Assembly (NCBI GenBank): GCA_964411425.1
Contig: CAYPKW010000002.1
Span: 45,512-109,511, forward strand
Source of the DNA: an uncultured Rhodospirillaceae bacterium
GTDB taxonomy: Bacteria > Pseudomonadota > Alphaproteobacteria > Dongiales > Dongiaceae
DNA: 64,000 nt
Reading direction: 5' to 3'
Each line of letters opens with the position of its first letter. Position 1 is the stretch's first letter. This document shows, piece by piece, positions 56,146 through 64,000 of the stretch. The translations under genes were made by a program, and so were the position numbers. Below the pieces are notes generated by a model. That model was not told the DNA's origin and made no database searches. It saw only the letters and a list, made by a program, of their open reading frames with translations.

Positions 56146-56559
56146 ATGCCGCATGAGCTGCTGGACGGGCCGCGCGATTTGCGGAACAATCCCCCATTCC
56201 ATCGTGGCCCCGACGGAAGGATGTTTCCGCAGCAACCGATTCGCCTCGCCGAGATAAGGCGCCGACGCCTCGTGTTCTTCAGCAGGCGCGAAATCAATCG
56301 CCTGTTGTCGCTGTACGGCCGGCAAGTGGCGCGCGGCCACTGGCGCGACTACGCCATCGACGTGAGCACGGAGATGGCGGTCTTCGCCGTGTACCGGCAC
56401 TCTTACGAAAGCCCGCTGTTCCGGATCGTCAAGCGCGCCGGCCCCGCCGAGCGCAATGCCGCCTACCAGCTTCTGTCCGGCGGCCGGCGGCTCAGAAGCG
56501 GCGCCACCATCGACGACGTGCTGGACGTATTCGATACCCGGCTGCGCGTCGTCCGCTGA
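56146..56559 (+). CDS. DUF2794-family protein
   Basis: FFSRREINRLLSLYGRQVARGHWRDYAID matches my recollection of DUF2794. Start is uncertain (56146 or 56221). Confidence 0.6.
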   Translation: MPHELLDGPRDLRNNPPFHRGPDGRMFPQQPIRLAEIRRRRLVFFSRREINRLLSLYGRQVARGHWRDYAIDVSTEMAVFAVYRHSYESPLFRIVKRAGPAERNAAYQLLSGGRRLRSGATIDDVLDVFDTRLRVVR

Positions 56560-56665
56560 CGGCCGCGGACAAGAAAGCCTGGACTTAGTTCCGCTTTTGT
56601 TTCATAAATGTCGGGGCCGGCCGCCTCGCACGATGGCGACGGCCAAATTAAGTCTTGAACTCCAA

Positions 56666-56701
56666 CATATGGTGGGTTGTAATGGCCACAACCTCTATAT
56701 G
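56666..56701. promoter_or_regulatory. about 35-bp imperfect palindrome in the gcrA leader
   Basis: CATAT-GGTG-GGTTGT-AATGGCC-ACAACC-TCT-ATATG lies 30 nt upstream of the gcrA ATG, in a relatively AT-rich gap. Confidence 0.25.
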
Positions 56702-56730
56702 TCGGCTTTGAAGCACGAAGGTTTCTCGTC

Positions 56731-57114
56731 ATGGAGTGGACCAACGACCGAGTCGAGATGCTGCGCGGCCTGTGGCTGCACGGTCGAACGGCAAGCCAGA
56801 TCGCGGCCCAGCTCGGCGGCGTCACGCGTAATGCCGTGATCGGCAAGGCGCACCGCATGGGCCTGTCGGGCCGCCCGTCTCCGATCAGGCAGCCGATGGC
56901 CAGCCAGCCGACGGCCAGCCGGCCGATGCCGAGCGCGCCGCTGCCACCTCGGCCCATCGCCGTCGGCGGCGGCGGGCGTACCTGCATGTGGCCCGTGGGC
57001 GATCCCAAGCAGCCGGATTTCCACTTCTGCGGCGCGGCGGTGGAGGTGGGGCGGCCGTATTGCGCCACGCACTGCGCCCTTGCGTACCATCGCAAGACCG
57101 AGGTCGCGGCCTGA
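56731..57114 (+). CDS. gcrA: cell-cycle transcriptional regulator GcrA
   Basis: MEWTNDRVEMLRGLWLHGRTASQIAAQLGGVTRNAVIGKAHRMGLSGR and C-terminal CMWPVGDP...FCG...PYC..H. Confidence 0.9.
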   Translation: MEWTNDRVEMLRGLWLHGRTASQIAAQLGGVTRNAVIGKAHRMGLSGRPSPIRQPMASQPTASRPMPSAPLPPRPIAVGGGGRTCMWPVGDPKQPDFHFCGAAVEVGRPYCATHCALAYHRKTEVAA

Positions 57115-57141
57115 CCCCTGCCGCCCGGCGGTGGGCCAGGA

Positions 57142-57501
57142 CTACTGCGGGGGCGCCGCCAGCCGGTGCGGCTCCAAGGCGCGCACCAGGGATTCGGCGG
57201 CCGTCGCGAAGAGCTGGTCGGGATTGCGGCGGCAGTAGTTCTCGAGGCCCAGCATGATCTGGTCGCCGGTGACTATGCCGCCGATGCTGTAGGTGTCCGG
57301 CCGCGTCTCGTTGATCGCCGTCAGATAGCCGGTCATCCACGAGGCATAGAGATGGTCGCCGGCGCCCTCCTTGGCGGCGATGAAGTCGTGGCACGGCGCC
57401 TTGCCCGGCCCGAGGATGAAATAGCGGCCGTCGCCGTCCGCCGCCTGGCCGGCCGCCGCCCACAGGCACAGCACCGCGATCGCCATCGAACGTCCGCGCA
57501 T
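57142..57501 (-). CDS. small secreted two-Cys protein, possibly HdeA-like
   Basis: Signal peptide MRGRSMAIAVLCLWAAAGQA. CHDFI resembles the HdeA CEDFL motif, and a second Cys follows 52 residues later. Function is not established. Confidence 0.45.
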   Translation of the reverse strand: MRGRSMAIAVLCLWAAAGQAADGDGRYFILGPGKAPCHDFIAAKEGAGDHLYASWMTGYLTAINETRPDTYSIGGIVTGDQIMLGLENYCRRNPDQLFATAAESLVRALEPHRLAAPPQ

Positions 57502-57559
57502 CGTCGATGTCCCTCCGCGAGCGCATTGTCGTCCCGGCATGGTTAACGAAGCGTGAGCG

Positions 57560-59107
57560 CTACTCCCACTCGATGGTTCCGGGCGGCTTGGCGGTCACGT
57601 CGTAGACCACGCGGTTGATGCCGCGCACTTCGTTGACGATGCGAGTGGCGACGCGGCCCAGGAACTCGTGCGGCAATGGAAAGTAGTCCGCCGTCATGCC
57701 GTCCACGGAGCCTACGGCGCGCAGCGCGCAGACGTGGTCGTAGGTGCGCGCGTCGCCCATGACGCCCACCGTGCGCACCGGCAGCAGCACGGCGAAGGCC
57801 TGCCAGATGGCGTCGTACAGGCCGGCCTGCTCGATCTCCTCGAGAAAGATCGCGTCGGCCTTGCGCAGCATCGCCAGCTTGTCGGGCGTCACCGGGCCCG
57901 GCATGCGGATAGCGAGCCCCGGCCCCGGGAACGGATGGCGGCGCACCAGCCGCTCGGGCAGGGCAAGCTCGCGGCCAAGCGCGCGCACCTCGTCCTTGAA
58001 CAACTCGCGCAACGGCTCCACCAACTTCAAATTCATGCGCTCGGGCAGGCCGCCCACGTTGTGGTGCGACTTGATGGTGACGCTGGGGCCGCCGGCGAAG
58101 GAGACCGATTCGATGACGTCGGGGTAGAGCGTGCCCTGGGCAAGAAACTCGACGCCGCCGAGCTGCCGCGCCTCCTCCTCGAACACGTCGATGAACAGGC
58201 CGCCGATGATCTTGCGCTTCAGCTCCGGGTCGCCCACCCCGTCGAGCGCGCCGAGGAACCGCCCGCCGGCGTCGCGATGGACGAGCGGAATGTTGTAGTG
58301 GTCGCGGAACAGGTGCACGACCTCGCCCGCCTCGCCCTCGCGCAGCAGCCCGTGGTCGACGAAGATGCAGGTCAGCCGCTCGCCTATCGCCTCGTGGATC
58401 AGCACGGCCGCCACCGACGAATCGACGCCGCCGCTGAGGCCGCACACGACGCGCCCCCGCCCCACTTGGCGCCGGATCGCCGCCACCGCCTGGGCGCGAA
58501 ACGCCGCCATGCTCCAGTCGCCGGCGCACCCCGCCACCCGGCGCACGAAATTGGCCAGCAGCCGGCCGCCCTGTGGGGTGTGCGCCACCTCCGGATGGAA
58601 CATGACGCCGTAGATGCGCCGCTCGTCGTCGGCGGCCGCGGCGAACGGCGCCCCCTCGCTCACGCCCACCGGGCTGAAGCCGGGCGGCAGGCGGACCACG
58701 CGGTCGCCATGGCTCATCCACACCTGCTCGCGGTCGCCGGGCCGCCACAACCCGTCGAACAGCGCGCAAGCCCCGGTCACGTCCAGGAAGGCGCGCCCGA
58801 ACTCGCGGTGCTCGGACGGCTCCACGACCCCGCCCAGTTGCGCGCAGATGGTCTGGAAGCCGTAACAGATGCCGAGCAGCGGCACGCCCAGCTCGAAGGC
58901 CTGCCGCGGCGCCCGCGGCGTGTCGCCGGCGACCACCGAGGCTGGGCCGCCGGAGAACACGATGGCTTTAGGTTCGAATTCCCTGATGCGGTCCCCGCCC
59001 GCGTTGTACGGCGCGATCTCGCAATAGACGCCGCTCTCGCGCACGCGGCGCGCGATGAGCTGGGTCGTCTGCGAGCCGAAATCGAGGATGAGGACACGGT
59101 CGCTCAT
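57560..59107 (-). CDS. guaA: GMP synthase (glutamine-hydrolysing)
   Basis: GATase CYGFQ, PP-loop [10 protein letters not shown] and C-terminal PPGTIEWE. Start at [11 protein letters not shown] (59107). Confidence 0.95.
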   Translation of the reverse strand: MSDRVLILDFGSQTTQLIARRVRESGVYCEIAPYNAGGDRIREFEPKAIVFSGGPASVVAGDTPRAPRQAFELGVPLLGICYGFQTICAQLGGVVEPSEHREFGRAFLDVTGACALFDGLWRPGDREQVWMSHGDRVVRLPPGFSPVGVSEGAPFAAAADDERRIYGVMFHPEVAHTPQGGRLLANFVRRVAGCAGDWSMAAFRAQAVAAIRRQVGRGRVVCGLSGGVDSSVAAVLIHEAIGERLTCIFVDHGLLREGEAGEVVHLFRDHYNIPLVHRDAGGRFLGALDGVGDPELKRKIIGGLFIDVFEEEARQLGGVEFLAQGTLYPDVIESVSFAGGPSVTIKSHHNVGGLPERMNLKLVEPLRELFKDEVRALGRELALPERLVRRHPFPGPGLAIRMPGPVTPDKLAMLRKADAIFLEEIEQAGLYDAIWQAFAVLLPVRTVGVMGDARTYDHVCALRAVGSVDGMTADYFPLPHEFLGRVATRIVNEVRGINRVVYDVTAKPPGTIEWE

Positions 59108-59177
59108 AGAGCGCGAATCGCCGGTAACCGCCGCATCATTCCGGTTTCCCCGCCGCCGCGCAAGGCCGTGTCCGGGC

Positions 59178-59723
59178 TCACCGCCGGCCGCGTTTCTCGA
59201 GCCAGTCCTTGAGGTCGGACCAGGCATAGGCGTGCTCGTGCAGCGCGGTACCCCAGATATTCTCGTCGCGGTGGCCCACGCGCCGCCCGCCCATGGCCTC
59301 ATAGAAGAACCGGGACGGATTGTCGGCCAGGACCCAGAGGAACGCCGAGTCCATGCCCTGCGCGAGCAGCCGGCGGAGGCTCGCCCGGAGCAGCGCCCGC
59401 CCGATGCCCTGGTTCTGCCAGTCCGACTGCACGTAGAGCGTGTAGATCTCACCGGCGTAGTCGAGCGCCGTTGCGGGCCCGAAGCTGGAGAATCCGACCA
59501 CCCTCTCCGGCGCGGGCAGGACGGCGACCACAACGCCCTCGCGCCGGCTCGGCCGCTCCAATTGCCGGCGCCATTCGGCGGCCTTGCGATCGACCGAGAG
59601 CCCCACCATCACCGCGTCCGGCAGGATGCCCGGATAGGCGGAGCGCCAAGTCTCGACGTAGACATGGGCGATGGCGCGCGCGTCGGCCGGGGCCGCGGGG
59701 CGGATGCTGGCGCCGGCGGTCAT
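59178..59723 (-). CDS. GNAT-family N-acetyltransferase
   Basis: [16 protein letters not shown]... and acetyl-CoA motif [14 protein letters not shown] overlap with the upstream methyltransferase gene. Confidence 0.8.
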   Translation of the reverse strand: MTAGASIRPAAPADARAIAHVYVETWRSAYPGILPDAVMVGLSVDRKAAEWRRQLERPSRREGVVVAVLPAPERVVGFSSFGPATALDYAGEIYTLYVQSDWQNQGIGRALLRASLRRLLAQGMDSAFLWVLADNPSRFFYEAMGGRRVGHRDENIWGTALHEHAYAWSDLKDWLEKRGRR

Positions 59724-61045
59724 GTCGCGGCCGGCCCCGCGCGCTGCAAGACCGCGACGAAGAACCCGTCGGTGCCGTGGCCCGCCGGGGTGAGCGAGAG
59801 GCAGGCATCGGAGCCCGGAGCGGCGCCACCGATGGTCGAGCGCCAAACCTCGTCGATCGGCAACAGCGCGAAGTCCGGCTTCGAGGCGAGGAACCAGTCC
59901 ACCTGCTCCTGGTTCTCCGCCGGCAGCAGCGAGCACGTCGCGTAGACGAGCCGGCCGCCCGGGGCGACCAGCCGGCAGGCGCCGGCGAGGATGCGCCGCT
60001 GCAGCAGGATCAGCTCGCCGAGGCCGGCCGGCGTGAGGCGCCATCTCGCATCGGGGTTGCGCCGCCAAGTGCCGATGCCGGAGCACGGCACGTCGACCAG
60101 CACGCGCGCGAAGCCGCCGGCATGGCGCTTGATCCACGGATCGCGTTCGCTCTCCAGCGCGCGCCGCGTGGCGTTGTGCACGCCGGCGCGCCGCAACCGC
60201 GTTCCGGCCCGCTCGACCCGGCCGGCGAGCACGTCGCAGGCGACGATCTTGCCCTTGTTGCGCATGGCGGCGGCGAGCGCCAGGGTCTTGCCTCCGGCGC
60301 CGGCGCAGAAATCGACCACCCGCATGCCGGGCCGCGCATCGCTCAGCAGGGCGACGAGCTGCGAGCCTTCGTCCTGCACCTCGACGAGGCCTCGCCGGAA
60401 GCTGTCGGCGGCCGCCAGGGGTGGCCGGCCGCGCGCGCGCAGGCCCACGGGCGACAGTGGCGTGGGCCGGGCCTCGACGCCGTCGCGGGCGAGCGCCGCC
60501 AGCGCCTCCTCTCGCGTCGCCTTCAGCGTGTTGACGCGCAGATCGAGCGCCGATTCCGAGTTGAGCGCGCTCAACTCGAGGACCAGCCGGTCGCCGAAGG
60601 CCGCGGCCAACGCCTCGGCCATCCAGGGCGGAAATTCGAGGCGCACGCACTGGGGCTGCGCTGCATGTCGCAGGGCCTGCCCCGCCAGCGCCTGCGCGAG
60701 CCGGCGTTCCTCCGGGTCCAGCGCCGCCGGACGATAACGGCCGCCGTCGAAACCGCCGGCGATGCGGTCGGGCGACCAGCCCTCGACGAGCGCAAGGGCC
60801 GCGATCATGCGCAGGCGCTCCGACGGTGCGGCAGGCGAATCGCCTACTCGCTGGATCCACCAATCGAGCGCGGCGCGGGCGCGCAGGACCGCATAGACGT
60901 GCTCCACGGTGGCGCGCCGGTCCAGGCCGCCCATGTAGCGGCGGCGGCGGAAGTACGCGGCCACGGCGCGGTCGGCCGGGGCGCTGCCGGCGTGGATGTC
61001 GCTCAGCAGCTCGATCGCCGCTTGCAGGCGCGCGCCGGGGGTCAT
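59720..61045 (-). CDS. rsmB: RsmB/NOL1/NOP2/Sun-family RNA m5C methyltransferase
   Basis: DFCAGAGGKT SAM motif and catalytic Cys motifs DVPCSGIGT and YATCSL. Confidence 0.8.
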   Translation of the reverse strand: MTPGARLQAAIELLSDIHAGSAPADRAVAAYFRRRRYMGGLDRRATVEHVYAVLRARAALDWWIQRVGDSPAAPSERLRMIAALALVEGWSPDRIAGGFDGGRYRPAALDPEERRLAQALAGQALRHAAQPQCVRLEFPPWMAEALAAAFGDRLVLELSALNSESALDLRVNTLKATREEALAALARDGVEARPTPLSPVGLRARGRPPLAAADSFRRGLVEVQDEGSQLVALLSDARPGMRVVDFCAGAGGKTLALAAAMRNKGKIVACDVLAGRVERAGTRLRRAGVHNATRRALESERDPWIKRHAGGFARVLVDVPCSGIGTWRRNPDARWRLTPAGLGELILLQRRILAGACRLVAPGGRLVYATCSLLPAENQEQVDWFLASKPDFALLPIDEVWRSTIGGAAPGSDACLSLTPAGHGTDGFFVAVLQRAGPAAT

Positions 61046-61075
61046 GGCAACGTGGAGGGCGCCACGACGCCCCGA

Positions 61076-63161
<2,086 letters not shown>

Positions 63162-63165
<4 letters not shown>

Positions 63166-63887
63166 GGCGCGTTCCGCTTGCCGCGAAATCCCTGCGCCAG
63201 GACGTAGACCTCGGCCGACTCGCTGCGGCTGGCCGGCGGCTTGATATGCCGCACGTTGGCGAACGCGCGCTTGAGTGCCACCAGCAACTCGCGCTCGCTG
63301 CCGCCGCGCAGCACCTTGGCGAGGAAGCCGCCGCCGGGCGCGAGCATGGCCCGCGCCAGGTCGAAGGCCGCCTCCGCCAGCGCCATGGTGCGCAGGTGAT
63401 CGGTGCGGGCATGCCCGGTCGCCGGCGCCGCCATGTCGCTCAAGACCGCGTCGGCGGGCCCGCCGAGCGCCTCCATGATGAGCGCGGGTGCTTCCTCGGC
63501 CAGGACGTCCTGCCGCAGCAGGGTTGCGCCCGGCACCGGGTCGACGGGCAGCAGGTCGATGCCGACCACCCGGCCGCGCGGGCCTACGCGCTCGGCCGCG
63601 ACCTGCGTCCAGCCGCCCGGGGCGGCGCCGAGATCGACGACGCGCTGGCCCGGCCCGAGCAGTCCGAATCGGTCGGCGATCTGGATTAGCTTGAAGGCGG
63701 CGCGCGAGCGGTAACCGAGCCGGCGGGCTTCCGCCACGTATGGATCGTTGAGTTGGCGCTCGAGCCAGCGGGCCGAGGACGGCTTGCGGCGCCCGGATGC
63801 TGCGAGGCGAACGCTAGCGCGGCCGGCCCCGCCCGCGCCCGCGGGCACGCCGCGCGGCCCGCCGGAACGCCGCCCGCGACTCCTCAT
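63162..63887 (-). CDS. rlmE: 23S rRNA (uridine2552-2'-O)-methyltransferase RlmE/FtsJ
   Basis: [34 protein letters not shown] and [11 protein letters not shown]. The start ATG 63887 overlaps the upstream stop (ATGA). Confidence 0.9.
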
Positions 63888-64000
63888 CCGCCGTGCCGGG
63901 ACGCGGGCGCCGTGTCCCGCGACTGGCCCATGAGCCCGACCAGAATGCCTTCGCGCACGCCGCGATCGGCCACCCGCAGTCGACCGACCGGCCACAGGGC
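63884..64000 (-). CDS. Ppx/GppA-family phosphatase, C-terminal 38 codons only (5' part outside window)
   Basis: Minus-strand translation [38 protein letters not shown] has a typical Ppx/GppA C-terminus. The conserved ppx-rlmE context supports it. Confidence 0.55.
   Translation of the reverse strand, partial: ALWPVGRLRVADRGVREGILVGLMGQSRDTAPASRHGG

Noticed and set aside
56648-56662. CtrA box (TTAA-N7-TTAA) upstream of gcrA
   Set aside because: Only the first TTAA half-site is present. The second half reads ACTC.
57560-59533. Apparent 142-aa N-terminal extension of GMP synthase (657-aa ORF)
   Set aside because: The extension is Arg/Ser/Gly/Pro-rich and overlaps the well-supported GNAT gene in another frame. 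Canonical GuaA begins at [11 protein letters not shown] (59107).

Overview
High-GC chromosomal segment, roughly two-thirds G+C by eye. Its gene content looks alphaproteobacterial: gcrA, a DUF2794 gene, a DnaB with the alpha-type C-terminal insertion, lptD-surA-rsmA, der-bamB-yfgM-like, and fabD-fabG-acpP-fabF-mltG. I call about 68 protein-coding genes. I recognised no rRNA, tRNA, CRISPR array, transposase or integrase. Most of the window is housekeeping: sulfate activation cysD-cysNC, ndk, an ABC-F ATPase, pepA-holC, fab genes, rpsF-rpsR-rplI, dnaB, alr, mlaEF, radA, cvpA-purF, guaA and guaB, and rRNA methyltransferases.

Accessory or unusual content:
- 7.9-10.9 kb: a bufferin-type periplasmic RiPP operon (DUF2282 precursor, DUF692/MNIO, DUF2063, DoxX). 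It has two tandem four-Cys precursor genes, and one carries a Met-rich N-terminal extension. This is the top candidate in the window.
- 2.1-4.4 kb: a coiled-coil M23 peptidase followed by a bactofilin (LmdC/BacA-like morphogenesis pair).
- 11.4-22.2 kb: a poorly characterised nitrogen-compound island. It holds a ureohydrolase with a His-rich loop, a MetX-like hydrolase and a GFA protein. It also holds an operon of GS-like ligase, metallophosphoesterase, nucleotidyltransferase-like protein, APC permease and Asp-nucleophile hydrolase, plus DUF1116 and a TetR regulator.
- An AbrB/MazF-type toxin-antitoxin pair inserted between the fab cluster and rpsF.
- Two classes of structured intergenic repeats.
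- A sharply AT-rich, rare-codon patch inside dnaB.

All calls rest on reading the translations and sequence by eye. No database search was run. Start codons are often uncertain by a few codons.
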